Shown here: positions 26,101 to 40,408 of the stretch, one piece after another | How positions within the stretch are numbered: the first letter of the stretch is position 1 | Layout: the number at the start of each line of letters is the position of its first letter | Notes under the pieces: model-generated | What the model was told of the DNA's origin: nothing | Seen by the model: the letters and a program-made list of their open reading frames with translations, nothing else | Database searches by the model: none | From: Octopus vulgaris | Lineage: Eukaryota | Assembly: GCA_951406725.2 (NCBI GenBank) | Contig: OX597825.1 | Span: forward strand, 11,780,001-11,844,000 | Reading direction: 5' to 3' | Length of the DNA stretch: 64,000 nt | Position numbers and translations under genes: made by a program

Positions 26101-26519
26101 GACACGTAATCGACTTGCTGTGTATGTTATACACGCTGATGTTATGTTCCTTAATAAAACTGCAATGAACATTGAAACTATTTAAATGCCCATCATTGCG
26201 GAGTTTCATTCAGAATATGTATTATTAGTTTCGTATTAACTCATCTGTTCCATTGAAGTGTTAAAACTTGGAAAGTTATATTGTTAACGCGATCATTAAT
26301 TTCTTTGCTTTCCTTTTCATGTGTGGATTTTGATGTATGAAATATCTGCAGCAGTCGAGATACCGACGTACGTTTGAAATTTCGCGAATTCCTGGCATTA
26401 ATCTTAACAAAAGTTATTGATTTATGATCACACACATGTACACACGTAAATGCGTAGATAATTAACGCACGGGGATTGGTGTTATTTAATACGTTATAAT
26501 AAACACACAAAGAGACACA

Positions 26520-26576
26520 GAAATACATATACAAACATACAAACATACATACACACAAACATATATATATTTATAT

Positions 26577-26618
<42 letters not shown>

Positions 26619-26709
26619 ATATATCTATGTATATGTATATCCATTTAAGTACAAATATATATCCAGCGTATATATATATCGATATATATATATATATGCA
26701 TATATATGC

Positions 26710-26774
<65 letters not shown>

Positions 26775-26829
26775 TACATATATATACATACATATGCATA
26801 TATAAATGCACATGCACACGAGCGCGCAA

Positions 26830-26863
<34 letters not shown>

Positions 26864-26895
26864 GTGCCTCTGTGTGTTTGCGTATGTGTGTGTTT
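26520..26895. repeat. Compound (TA)n/(CA)n microsatellite
   Basis: Direct inspection. Confidence 0.9.
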
Positions 26896-27388
26896 ATAAA
26901 CGTACAACCGCTCGACACATATTCCCAAAAGTTATACAAAAATGGCGTTTGTTTGAAGTTACTGATATGCAAATCGGCTGCTATGGTTCAGTATATTTCT
27001 GTCGGTGAGCTAAAATGATATGGGATTTGGAGTAAAGTCGATAAAGAAGAAGTATCGTAAGAGACATTGCAAAGCACCTTCCTTTGGTTTTCCAGGATCA
27101 TTCAGTAAACTTTGCCGACATAAATTTGTCAAAGATACACATAACTGCACCCACAGATACACAGGGACACGTTAATACACACAATAAACACAGACACACA
27201 CACACTCAGACACTCACTCCCTCACTCACACGCATATATAAAGTGTATATATATATATATATTTATTGATAGAAGATAAATAGATATACAGATAAATACA
27301 AATAGATTGATATATACATATAGACGCATAAAATCCATATCTAGCTATTCATCTATTTCCCTTTATAAATAAACACATACGCGTACAC

Positions 27389-27452
<64 letters not shown>

Positions 27453-28094
27453 CAGGACGAACTCTCTCTCTCTCTCTCTCACACACTCACACAAATATAT
27501 ATATATATATATATCAATATGGACAGACCGAAATAAAGACAAAGTGAAGAGAAAACAGTCTACTTGTGCCGTAAATGAGTTTTAGAAATAGGAATTATTT
27601 ATTTATCACAATATACTGAGGAGCCAGGGATATATTTTGGTGTTATATAGACATTAAGGAACCGTTCATCTTACTAAAAACTGCACCGACTCCCAGTAAA
27701 TCAATTCAAGAGCAGTGATAATATCGGTTATCATATATCATATATCACACACAAAAATACTATCATAGACGCATACACATACGCACACATTCACATGTAT
27801 ACAATTATATGCTTATGCATGTATATATTTATGGCAGTGATATTTGTTACACGTTCATCTTATCTCTCTGGTGACAAATAAACCTGACCTAATGGTGCTT
27901 CATCTTCAATTGGCTTCATGTATTCTAAAACAATCCTTGGAATGGAGCCAGGGCTTCACTAGAATGTATCAGATGTATCAGTGTAAGGTTTGGATCAATG
28001 CTGTTGCTTAACAACAGCTCAGTCGTGGTGAGGAAATCTACAGACGAAGACATTCCGTCAATGAACACGCCATCTTTATTTCACATGTGTCAAT

Positions 28095-28590
28095 AAAAGA
28101 AGGCCGAAATCGTATGATCTGGTTGTCTCGGGCTGGAGATGGCGATGATTTATCTCCCCACTAGCGATATAAACAATAGTGCATTTTGTTCTAATATGGG
28201 AGTTTCTCTCGTGGCATCTACCCAAGTATATTTTCTTCTAACAGAGCATCCACGTTTAAGTGGAGATACATATTACCTCTCAGCATTTATACTGCCTCTG
28301 TCGCAAATGTATATTTTCAACAAGCTCAGTGGCTAATCAGTAGACCAGCGGCTGGTGTAGCACTATTTTTCTATATATCACTGGCGAGGTGATGATTCAC
28401 TGATGTCTCTAGCGGTCGAGCGTCCATCATTGAGTAGACCAAGGAAGGTCGAAATCACGTAACCTAGTGGTCTCGACTTATATCCCTACAATCGAGATAA
28501 ACATGCGAGCATTTTGCACCAATAATATCTACCACAATATAATTTTTGCCAGCAGATTATCCACGTTTAAGTGGGGATACATATTACTTC
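28095..28590. repeat. Degenerate tandem duplication, period ~310-345 bp
   Basis: GAAGG(C/T)CGAAATC at 28099/28444, GCATTTTG at 28181/28509, CACGTTTAAGTGG.GATACATATTAC at 28251/28562. Confidence 0.7.
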
Positions 28591-29169
28591 TTTTGTGTCT
28601 ATAAAGAACATTCAGGTATATAATCGGTGTGTAGAAGACAACTAACTTGTCGTTGTCTTTATTTTGGCAGGTTCTTTGATAGAATATCCGTGAATTTTAA
28701 TTTGGTTGTAGAGCATTATTTGAATTGAAATTCATAAAGGCCAATGAATCAGCTTCTGTTGCGGTAGTTTCAAGTAGAATTTTGGAATTATATTACTTGA
28801 TTACGAAACGAAGGGAAAGTCAACTGGTTGATGAATGATTTTATATAACTCTCTTTCATTTACGATTGGATAAGCAAGGCGTTACTATTTGCCATGGATG
28901 GTTGTATTGTGGTCAAAGTATATTGATATAATGTCCATTCTACAATATGTTTCAATGATGATTACAGCGCTCATGATTTAATTTCTGAAAACTCTTTGAA
29001 ACATTAGAAACGTCTTCCATCACAAATTAAATCTGTCTTCAGAAGTTATCTTTAACACTTTCCCAGTAACCATTCTTATCTGAAGACACAGAACAAATTT
29101 GAGTCAATAATAATTATGGTGGTGTTGATGATGATACTCCTGCTGCTGCTGATAATGATAAATGAATAT

Positions 29170-30190
29170 GGAACAAAATCCTGGGCTTGGCTAAGAAAAA
29201 CAGGGCAATTAAAGAAAAAGAAAAAGAGATCCTAATTGTAGCAGCCCATGTTCAAGCAATAAAAACAAACAATTTGAGGGACAATGTATATGCGTCGGAT
29301 GTTTCATAAAAAATGTAGAATCTATGGAACTTAGATCAATTAAGAAAGTAGATTCTGTTTCCAGTAGGATAGTTACTAAAATATAGAAGACACTAACTTA
29401 TTGATCTATGCAGGGGAGGGGGGTAGTAGTCACCAGAAGATTAGATATCTAACAGGGATTGATTAGCAAAGAGTAAATGTAAAAAAAGAGACTATTGATG
29501 ACAGCCTCTAGATATCGATGGTGTACGCTATCGAATGCTTTTGATTGGTCTAAATTGATCAGCGCCCCGCGAACGTGGGCAATGACAAAATGACGATAGT
29601 CAGATATATCCCAGCAATTGTAGGGGTTTAAAAACACTAATAACCAAGTTTGAAAAATACGTTGGGGTAACTGGAATTGACATCAGTGTAGAACATGCTC
29701 AGAAAACTGTTCTACTGGGGACAGTTCGTATTTTGACGTTGGTACCTGAGTTTTGAATATCGGGGAAATAGATTTGTGAGAACTTTGGTAACGAATTGAT
29801 GTCGGCTCTTACAGAATTCTCCGGGTCAAGTAAAATCGAGAACTAAAAATGGAAGTAAAATGGAAATAACTAAGATCTAGTTAGAGAGATGAAAAACTTG
29901 TTGAAGATTAAGGCGACAGTTATTTCCGTGGTAACTGGTGTTCTTGGCACAGCAAACAAACTGCTACCAAAGAAGATTGAAAAGTTTTCGAATTGAGATC
30001 AGCAACAAAGTGTAATCCTGTATTCTGCAAGAAACCTAACAAAGACTTTTGAGATTTGAAGAGACTTATTATTATCAAACAGCAAGCAAATATCCTTGAT
30101 AACTAAGAGAGCATGTAATAGTCATAACGATGATAAAAATAATGATGATGCAATAAAAATAATAATAATAACAATAATAAAAATAATGAT
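29170..30190 (+). mobile_element. R4/Dong-like RLE LINE 3' fragments (two C-terminal pieces) with (TAA)n tail
   Basis: SWAWLRK..GQLKK..LIVAAHVQAIKTN..KCR (29175-29330); EHAQKTVLLGTVRIL (~29690-29735); DLVREMKNL..ISVVTGVLGT..QQSVILYSARNL (29875-30060). Confidence 0.75.
29460..29590 (-). mobile_element. Tx1/L1-like LINE RT fragment
   Basis: GALINLDQSKAFDSVHHRYLEAV matches the LD..KAFD.V motif of RT subdomain 3. Confidence 0.75.
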
Positions 30191-31299
30191 ATATGAAATT
30201 AGTCGCGTGTATTGAATGAACTAATTTGCTGTTCAACAAGATAGAGAATGTTTCTCAACATTGTTAACAAATTTTACGCCGTTAATTACCTCACATTTTG
30301 ATTAACTAATACTATGATTGCGTAATTCAATCCGCCAACTATATAACTTTATTTGTTTACTATATAATATATATTATACAAGCATACTCACCAACATAAA
30401 TCATACATACATACATACATATATCTGTACATATGTATCGACAGAAAACAAAAATAATATATACAAAACACATACAATTATGCATCTATATGTGTACGTA
30501 CATATAAATATGTAGGCGCGTGTATATATGTATATCTGTATATATTCACACATATACGCATATATGGATGTATATGAGTATAAGGTACAGTATTCGCATG
30601 TATATCAGTATAGGTGGATATATCCAGGGGAAAGGAGCTTACTAATTACAGAAGATCAATACAGCGAATGAAAAACTTTTTTCACCTCACAGCATTTCGC
30701 TTACTTTTTTTTCCGAGGTACCAACTGAAAAATATAATAAAAAATCAACGTTGAGATTGAAAAAAATATATCTCTAAAAAAAACCACAAACTTGTATAAA
30801 ATGAATGTAAACACACTATTACTGAAATAACCGATTCTAATTTTATAAGGAATGGTTTTAGGTGAATGGGAAGACATTTCAACTTAAAATCAATAACCTT
30901 ATAGGGTATTACGTCCTGTGTTATTGATCTCATATCGAACACAGATCTTTTAATGTAGTTAAAACTAATCAAAGCTTTTATGCAGAATCGGTAGCAATTT
31001 TAAATTCTGGATGTGTGTATGTATATAAGTTGTGTTTTATACAATAAAATATCTTTAGTTGAAGGAGTAGTTGTAGTATATGTAGGAATATATTTGGTTA
31101 AAAGGGGAGAAATGCAAATTCAACCTCTATTATTTGCTATACCGAAATTTAATCAATTAAATACAACCGCTAATAATTACAACCTTAACATTTAATGGGA
31201 AATAGATAAAAGAATGAAAAACACTGCCAGAGAAAGTTCTTGAATATATTGAACTAGAGATAATAGATATCTCTGTCTTAGAGACACGCACGCCTCGCT

Positions 31300-31306
31300 A
31301 TATACA

Positions 31307-31340
<34 letters not shown>

Positions 31341-31455
31341 CATACATACATAGATACATACATACATATATACATAGATACATACATACATAGATACATA
31401 CATACATACATATATACATAGATACATACATACATAAATACATACATACATACAC
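31300..31455. repeat. (TACA)n/(TAGA) microsatellite
   Basis: Direct inspection. Confidence 0.95.
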
Positions 31456-34089
31456 TCGCTTGTAATACGAGAAAGTGAATATGAAAGAACATTGTTTGTG
31501 GAATGATTGCATGTAAATTTATATCGGGAAAACATATTCATTCGTTTCAGGTGACGCAAAAGATTGTAAATCACTTAAATATCTGCAAAGTAAAGACGAG
31601 TCCAGCCTGAAAACAACTCTAGGTTTTCACAGATTTAGTGATTTTTTAAAACACATAAATCATTGTACTTTTCGTTTCACCTTGAAAATTTACATTGCAA
31701 ATACATTCGTCGATGAAATATAAATTCTGTCCTGTAACACCATATGCTAATTTATTTGATTTAAACTATTTTCGGTTTCCTATTTGTCGCCATGTTTCTT
31801 CATTTATGATAGTGATGTCACTCCCCGTGTCTGATTGTATTTTTACGCTAGTGGTTTCAATGCTCACGTTGATGAATTTTCTGTTCGTTGTACAAACTTT
31901 TTTTCTCTGATGACAAACTATTCAATCATTCTCGTTTGGTAAAAGTCTTTGTTATCTCAGTTCTGCATTGCGATTTAATCTGTCCTGTGTTCCTGCAACG
32001 AAAACATTTTGCTTTTTTGAACGGACACTATTTTCTCAGGTGTTTAGATCGTAAATAACACACATCTTCAAATACATGTCAGTGTTAAATGAAAACAACA
32101 TAAGATCAAATATAAAAGAATAGACCGTGTACCATGATGCATATCTGGCTTTGAAATGTGTCCTTTGTGCATCTCAGAGAAATATATCCGATGTGACTAA
32201 CCATAATTCCCATTTCATTATTACTGACCGGTATAAAACATACACAAGCACGCACGCACGCACTCACATACGCACACACACACATACACACGCATTCATA
32301 TGGACACACGCGTACATGCTTACTCACGTGTGATTAAATGTGAGTGAATGTCTCATATGCATGTGCATATGCATTATATTCTGTGCATATCTTAAAGAAA
32401 TTACAATGAGCACACACTGTTCATTATAATTCAACAACTGCGTATTTGTATTTTGATCATTACATTTATTAATTCTAAATTCGCTTTTTCAAATCTGTAT
32501 TACGAGAAGATCTAAAGATGTCTACCAAAATATATTGTAGTAAACTAACTTCTTAATTATTTAATTCAATTAAACATTATCTCGTTTTCTATATAAGAGG
32601 ATTTGACGTATACGAGACATTGCGAAAAGTATTAAAAATGTTTTATCACAAACAGACTCTCAGTGGTAATTGTAATTCACGAGTTAAAATGTATTCATTT
32701 GTCATTGTTAAATATAAAAGATACCTATAATTAATACGCATATCCCTTTTGTTTATTTAATAAATATTTTCAAGTTAATTATTACTGTTTACGCCGATAT
32801 AGATACTTCAGTCTCTGTCTTCCGAAATTTATATAAACTGTTTCTAGAAAACAAAAACACTATTGTAAACTAAATACTGTTCAGGATATTATTTTTTGTT
32901 TGTAAATGATATTTAATTCAATATACACTTTCACTTTCACTTTTCACTTGTTAAGTTTTTTCTATTAATTTATATTCTTGTATATTATATTGATTTATTT
33001 CATTTATTTAATTATCCAATTCATACCTTCTTCTACACCTGAACACATACTTTGTTTACATTCATAAAAAGAAATTGACACCCTTTTCGATTCTATATGT
33101 TCCTAACCAATATAGGGTATCTATTATAAATATTTTATACATAACTCTGTTAAAACACATAAAACAACAAATCACCAGCAATGGACACCTTATTCTTTAC
33201 AATTACAGTTGTTTATTAGATGAACAATATTCAGAAAGTATTCTATACATGAATAAGAATATAAAAACGAAATATGCTTTCCATTCAACAACACTTGCGG
33301 TGTTTCATAAGTGGATTATATAACAACGTTTCGTTAGTAGATAATTTGAAAGAAATGTTTACTTCTTTAACTAATGACTCTCTTTATCAGTAAACTTGAC
33401 ATGTGTACAAATAAGTTACCGTCTCAAAATATAGTTATAACAATTCTCTACACAGTTTAATTTCTACTCATAAGAAATTCATGAGCATGTTTGTCTTTTT
33501 TCACCTCGCCTTCCTCTCTTTTTGTCTGTAGTTCTATACATACAAGCATATACTCGCACATGCATATACATGCGTATGTGAAAAACAGTATTTACTATGA
33601 TTCTATCAATATCATTCTAACCAAAGTGTTTTTATTCCCCAATACCATCGTTAAAACTTTTATTAAGCCAACATTGATGAAATAAAAAAAAAAAAAGAAA
33701 TCTTATTTTTTAAATAACTTCTTTCTAAAAGTACACAGAAATATCAATAGATTTTTCTTCAGAAGATTTGAAATATTCGTTTTCGCTAATTTAGTTTAGT
33801 TTTTAAACTTATATTTCTTAATAAATATATTAAAAAAACGTGATGTATCTAGCTAACAATATATCTATAGGGGCATCAGTGTCTGTTTGTTTGATTATCA
33901 TTTTTTCTCTTTTTTCCTCCTTATATTTCTTTCTTTCTCTCCATTTCTTTTATTTTGTTTCCGTCTCGTTCTTTCCTTTCTATCTGATTTTTCCTTTCTT
34001 TTTTTCTTGTTCTCGTTCTCTCTCCTTCCTTGTTTACTTTCTCCCCCCCCCCAAAAAAAAACCTGTCCACATTAGGTCCTTCCTTTCTA

Positions 34090-35159
34090 TTAGGTTGTTC
34101 CGAAGATAATGGCCACTCTAAGTGTGGTGTCTGAAACGTAATTTTGTCATTGTAATTTGATTATATTTTAGGTGAATTTCCAAATACTTAATAATTAATC
34201 TATGCTATTTAATAAATTTCTGTTTATTTCAGACAGAAAACATTCTTGAAGCATAATTATCAACATAACGAAGAAGGACCTTCGTTTACTTTTCTTGCAT
34301 GAGTTCAAGCTTGGACACATCTCCCAAATGCTGCCAATATCAATAGTGCATGGGGAGAGAGATCCATAAGTGATCGCACAGTACGAACGAGGGTTCGGAA
34401 ATTCCGTAGTGGTGATGAAAGCCTTGAAGATGAAGAAGATAGAGGACGGTCAGGCAGTGTTTAAAATGGACAATTGAAAGCAATTGTTGAACAAAACCTA
34501 TGTCAAAATGTTAGAGAAATGTCTCAGGCACTTGGTGTCGGTAGTGCAACGTTCTCACGCAATCTGCAGAAGATTGGTAAGGTGAAAAAGCTCAATAAAT
34601 GGGCACTGCATGAGTTCAACGAAAATCAAAAAGTTCGCCGTTTTGACGTGTGCTCGATGCACTTTCTGCCAAATACCAATGATCCTTATCTTGACCGAAT
34701 AGTCACTTGTGAAGAAAAGAGGATCCTTTATGATACCTGTAAACGATCAGGTCAATGGCTTGATTGCGAGGAGTCCCCCAAACATTTCCCAAAACCTAAA
34801 TTGCATCAGCTAAAGATCGTGGTGACTGTCCAGTGGTCTGCACTTGGTGTTGTCCATTACAGCCTTCTGGAAGCCTATCAGAGCATTACACTGACTACCA
34901 GTTTTTAAAGCATTTAAACACGTTTTCAAGTGATAAAACTTTCAGGTCCAAACCAGAGGTGGAATCAGCTTTCAAATATTTCTTAGCGCCAAAGGCAATA
35001 AGATTCCTCCGACGAGGTACAAATAAACTCGTTGATCACTGGCAGAGATGCATAGATGTTCACGGCCATTACTTTGATTAATCAAAACATTTTTATTGTT
35101 AATTTTTCCAAAATAAAATTATGTTTCTGAAATCGGCCATTATTTTCCGAACAACCTAA
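34090..35159 (+). mobile_element. Internally deleted mariner transposon (Hsmar1/cecropia-like)
   Basis: 25-bp TIRs TTAGGTTGTTCCGAAGATAATGGCC / GGCCATTATTTTCCGAACAACCTAA (23/25); TA on the left, CA on the right. Confidence 0.92.
34265..35081 (+). pseudogene. Mariner transposase remnant, frameshifted, central catalytic region deleted
   Basis: FRSGDESLEDEE.RGR, KLNKWALHEF (WVPHEL), DRIVTCEEKRILYD, TDYQFLKHL, KLVDHWQRCIDVHGHYFD*; the second catalytic D and YSPDL are missing. Confidence 0.9.
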
Positions 35160-35929
35160 CATCATTTCGGAAATATATTTGAAAGATTATTTGCTTGCGT
35201 CATTTTCAAGAAATATACTAATATACTATTGTCACTTTCGTAAAAGCAAGTACATTTACTAGTTTTGTCGCAGGATATACATTGTTGATTCCCAGTATAA
35301 ACCTGCAGCCATCCAATATATATTCATCGTTCACTTTAGAACATGCCAATTCTCTGTCAGACCTGAAATTTGCAGTGTCAATAAACAAAATTTCAAGCAC
35401 GGAGCTTGCCAAAGTATGCTATTTATCTATTTATGGCTGCATTCAAATACGGTCAGTTGTTGTGCGATTCTTTGTACATAAAACGTTTTTTTCCCCTGAT
35501 CAATGTCAACTTACAACATCAAGATATCATAGATTCACCTGTGCCTTTACAGAGATTATTGTATGGTCGAAATTTCCTATTTAGAGAATGTATATCTTGG
35601 TGAATAGAGGAATTTGAAAACAAGTAAAAACGAAAATGCAACTTCTGCTTAAAGTTCCTGTTATGTAAATATTGTTTACGTAACTTCTACGAATGCATTT
35701 CCTGAGTATATATTTATATTTTGTTGCAGCAACATATTACATGTGCTGTTCATAAGACACCAGGTCACGTACTAGTATACACACAAGCGCGAGCAAACTC
35801 ACACACACACACACACACACTCATACGAATGTGTGCGGTCGTACACATACGAATTGTCTGCAGTGAGGCCGCTAACGCTGAATATACAGGTTTACAAGTT
35901 ACATTTTTTCTCTTGGCTTTAAAGGCGAT

Positions 35930-36245
35930 GGTGGGATTAGACAGATGTCAAATGTGCAAGTGTGTTGAAAGCAGTCTCCAAACACTACCTTCGCTAGTCC
36001 TCACGTCTAGGATCACCAATTTACCTTCCGGGTCCAGGAAGATTATCTGTACCTTGAGATGCAGTCTTTCCCTGAGCAGCATTGCCACCCCGCCTCTCAT
36101 TTCCGGCTGAATAAGAGATTTGTAAATCTCAAAATGGGAGCGAATTTGCGTGAGTCAGAAAATCCTGTTTTCGCCAACGGCTACGTAGCTAGCTGGGGTC
36201 ATTGAGCATGTATCCCTGCTTCTAGAGTGACTTCAAGCCTGCTGG
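35930..36245 (-). mobile_element. Tx1/L1-like LINE ORF2 N-terminal APE endonuclease remnant
   Basis: Minus-strand GLKSL*KQGYMLND..GENR..RGGVAMLLRERLHLKVQIIFLDPEGKLVILDVRTSEGSVWRL. Confidence 0.75.
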
Positions 36246-36399
36246 CTGGTATAATTTACATGTACAAAATATAGTAAATATTTCAATTATAAAATTTATA
36301 CAATATTCGTATGCATATTTGCGACATAGTTCGTGTTTCCACTTCGACTTCAAACAGTTAAACTCGAACAGAAAATCGTCCGGTAATTGCCATTTCTTT

Positions 36400-36540
36400 T
36401 CTATTCTAGGTACGAAATTTTTGGAGATGGGGCCAGTCGATTACTTCGACCGAGGTACACAACTGGCACTTAATTTATCGTCTCCGAAAGTATAAAATGC
36501 AAAGTAGACCCTGGCGGAATTTGAACTCAGAGCCTAATGA
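36400..36540 (-). mobile_element. SINE family A fragment
   Basis: GCAAAGTAGACCCTGGCGGAATTTGAACTCAG. Confidence 0.75.
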
Positions 36541-36544
36541 TAGA

Positions 36545-37300
36545 CGACGTGACGGTGATGCTACTGTCGACTGGGACAGCGAAGCTGTTGTGGGGAGTGG
36601 TGTGTTATTGTTGCTACTACTGCTATCCACCTCCATGAGTTCAATCCTACTAGTCGTCTCTGTTCTAGAGCCACTGCGTTTTTGTGTCTTCTTTTCTTTC
36701 CTTTAGTGGGTGGGGCAACTATTTGCCAATTCTGTTCCTCCACATCTCCTTCATTTTTGAGGTCCGAAAAGGGGAGGGGTAGGTTTTGCGAAAGTTTTTG
36801 ATTCATTATTGAAATTGTTGTAGTTGTTGTTTTGGGGTCTCCTGAATTGCTCCTTACACGCGAGGGGCAAGTCTTACGGAGCTTTTGTGGTTTTTTCTGT
36901 TGATGAATTTGGTGGGTCCTGATGCTGTTGTTTTACGGCTGTTGTTTCCAGTATTGTTCTTGGATTTGCTGCTGTTACTGTTGTCGATGCTTCTGTGATC
37001 GCAGATGCTGCTACTACAGATACTGTTGTTTTTGCAGCGGCAGACGACACCAGCTTCTGCTATTGTTGTTGTGGTAGTGGTGGTGATGCTGGGAAGAGTG
37101 AAGGTCTCTCCACTTTATTTTGTTGTGGGCAGAAAGTTTTTAGATGGTTTGTGCCCCCGCACAGGTGACAGCTTGCCTTTCCGCTTTCGACAGCTACGTG
37201 TCGTTTTGACATATCCAGTAGGTTTATATCACCCGGGGCACTTTCCACGCATTGCTACTCAGTTTGTATTAGCAGCTGTATCCCTTGACCTAACCAGTTC
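36545..37300 (-). pseudogene. LINE ORF1 (gag-like, Tx1/L1-type) remnant with CCHC zinc knuckle
   Basis: CHLCGGTNHLKTFC fits CX2CX4HX4C, followed by an Ala/Thr/Gln/Pro-rich tail and WQIV..KGKKRR; several in-frame stops. Confidence 0.75.
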
Positions 37301-37428
37301 TGCTAGAGAATCTTATTTCCGGGATTTTGGTTTCCTCCTACATGTCTACGAGGATTGTAGATACTAACCAACAGATGTTAATTTATGGTGGAATATCGAG
37401 TTTTCTGATTCTATACACTCTACTCCCC

Positions 37429-37612
37429 AGGTAGGTAGGTATGTAGGTAGGCATGTAGGTAGGTAGGTAGGTCGTTAGGTAGGTAGGTAGGAAGGTATGT
37501 ATGTATGTATGTATGTATGTATGTATGTATGTAGGTAGGTAGGTAGGTAGGAAGGTAGGTAGTTAGGAAGGTAGGTAGGTAGGAAGGTAGGTGGTAGGAA
37601 GGAAGGTAGGTA
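37429..37612. repeat. (TAGG)n/(TATG)n microsatellite
   Basis: Direct inspection. Confidence 0.95.
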
Positions 37613-37639
37613 AGTATAAAAATTATTTCTTCAATCGTC

Positions 37640-37808
37640 AGGGATAAAATGTAAATCGACTTCGGCGGAATTTGAAGTCAGAACGTGCCAACGGGCGAAA
37701 TGCCGCTAAGCATTTCAACCCGCGCGCAAATGATTCTGCCAGCTCGCCGCCTTAGTAATAATGATAATGATGATGATAATAATAATAATAATGATAATGA
37801 TGATGTTG

Positions 37809-37854
<46 letters not shown>

Positions 37855-38047
37855 TAATAATAATGATCTTTTCTACTATCGGCACAAGGCTTGATGTTTT
37901 GGAGGAGGGGACTAGTTGATTACGGCAATCTCGAAAGGATGGCAAGCAAAGTTGACCTCGGCGGAATTTGAACTCAGAACGTAACGACGGACGAAATAAC
38001 GCTAATCATTTTGTCCACCGCGCTAACCATTCTTCGGGTCGCCGCCT

Positions 38048-38097
<50 letters not shown>

Positions 38098-38127
38098 ATA
38101 ATAATGATTATAATAATGATAATAATC

Positions 38128-38182
<55 letters not shown>

Positions 38183-38192
38183 CGATGATGAT
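37640..38192 (-). mobile_element. Two SINE family A-related copies, each abutting (TAA)n/(TAG)n arrays
   Basis: Head reverse complements end at ~37752 and ~38048, followed by trinucleotide arrays 37753-37865 and 38048-38192. Confidence 0.8.
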
Positions 38193-38969
38193 GTAAAAAA
38201 TTAACATAAATCTTATATTATATTAGTTGTTAATTGCTTCTAGTGTTTATGCTAACTTAGAAATATTTGTGAGTCTTGACATTAGTTTCAGGTCGAATAC
38301 AATATATATAAATTTGATAACAAAAATAAATAAAGACTAAAATGTAAAGCTGCAAAATCAAAACCAACCCAAGATATCAGTGATTGGAATCGCATTGTAA
38401 AACAATAGTTCCTGACATCATAGGTTTATTCAATAATGTTTTTAGATATTGACCAAACAAACCGGTAAATAATTGCATAGTCGTGACATAAGTCTATGAA
38501 CTTACGACCTCCAACCAGAAAACCCGAGAATACATTGATATTTGCTTGGTAAATAAAGATTCCTTGCTAACCAATAGTGAGTGAGTGAGTATAAATTATA
38601 ACGTTACGTCTTTCGAAGTTATTGAAAATAGAAAAAAATCGATAGAAGTAGGAAATTAGTATAATAAATAAAGGAAGCAATGTCACTTTGAGTGGTTTTG
38701 TGATATAACGTTTAACTAAACTGCCTTTTAGAAAACATATCTTTGTAAATGATTGATTTATATTCACATGGTATTACAATATTATGGGTTCAATAGAGTT
38801 TATATATAGAATAACAAAAGTTAAAAGAATATCTGTACTAGGCATCTCTTCTTTGGCGTTCGGTTATAAACACATTTTTATAGCTTATTAAGATTAGTAA
38901 AAATGATGAACCAAGCCAATCTAAATAACACGTAGCCTATCAGATATTTCTCTTTTCACCATAAACACT

Positions 38970-39242
38970 AGCCCCACCATTCGTATCATCAGCACCTGTA
39001 CTTGACTGTCTTGGGTCATAAGAGACCCGTTTTACATGGCGTCTATGCGAACGAGATCTCAAGATTGCCCTTGATCTGGTCAGTCGTCCATCACAAACTT
39101 ATTCATTCACAGCTGAGGGGACCAATGGGAAATGAAGTATTTTGTACAAGAATAAATACAACGCCCTTTTCAGTTCGTTCATTGAACCGACAATCTTGCG
39201 ATCTCGAGTGTAACGTCCAAACCTCTTCGCCACGCACCTACC
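38970..39242 (-). mobile_element. Old SINE related to family C
   Basis: GAAATGAAGTATTTTG..CAAGAA..ACAACGC..CAATCTTGCGATC..GCCACGCACCT resembles the reverse complement of the family C head. Confidence 0.55.
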
Positions 39243-39397
39243 TACATGATATATACTGCAAAATTACGTCTTCTTCTGATGATGGTTGTGGGGAACGTGT
39301 GATGTCGAGGTTCTTTGGAAAAGTGGCGTGGAGTTTTTGACTATAAATATTTACTGGCAACCGTGTTACAACAAAACCCAGTGAAAAAGAGAAAATA

Positions 39398-39634
<237 letters not shown>

Positions 39635-40002
39635 ATATGGAACTGCATCCAACCTTTCTACATATAATAAAGGCTTAGGTGCGGCAATGTTTCAAAGGGA
39701 TTAATAAAGTAATTGAAAAATTACTCAAATTATTTGCCGATGAATAAGGGTAATTCGGGAGATTTGTTATGGTTGTGAAAATCAGCTACAGATGAACAAT
39801 GTCCTAATCAAGACCGTATAATTAGGATATAGGTATTGAGCTTGCCATTGATTGATTGTGTTTCTCCACGTAGCTCATAAGATCTATTACACATAATTTA
39901 TCAGAATTAGCTGGTGATTCAAACAGGTTATGAATAATTATAACATTATGGGAATATATTTCCGATGATATTTTAAAAAAAGAATTATAAACCAGGCTGT
40001 AT

Positions 40003-40408
40003 ACTCTTACTCTGTTACGTATTTCACTCATTTGACTGTGGTCATGCTGGAGGACCACCTTTAGTCGAGCACATCGACCCCAGGACTTATTATTTTCCAG
40101 CCTAGTACTTATTCTATCGGTCGCTTTTGCCGCACCACTAAGTTACGGGCAAGTAACCACACCAGCATCGATTGTCAATCGATATTGGGGGGACAAACAC
40201 AAACACACAAAACATATACACATACATATATATATATACATATATACGAAGGGCTTCTTTCAGTTTCCGTCAACCAAATCCACTTGCAAGACTTCGGTTC
40301 GCCGAGGCTATAGTAGAAGACACTTACCTAAGGTGCCACGCAGTGGGACTGAACCTGGAACCATGTGGTTCATAAGCAAGCTACTTACCACACAGCCACT
40401 CCTACACC
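40003..40408 (-). mobile_element. SINE family B
   Basis: Full reverse-complement copy. Confidence 0.9.

Noticed and set aside
37005-37367. 120-aa plus-strand ORF with a hydrophobic N-terminus
   Set aside because: Antisense of the LINE ORF1 remnant
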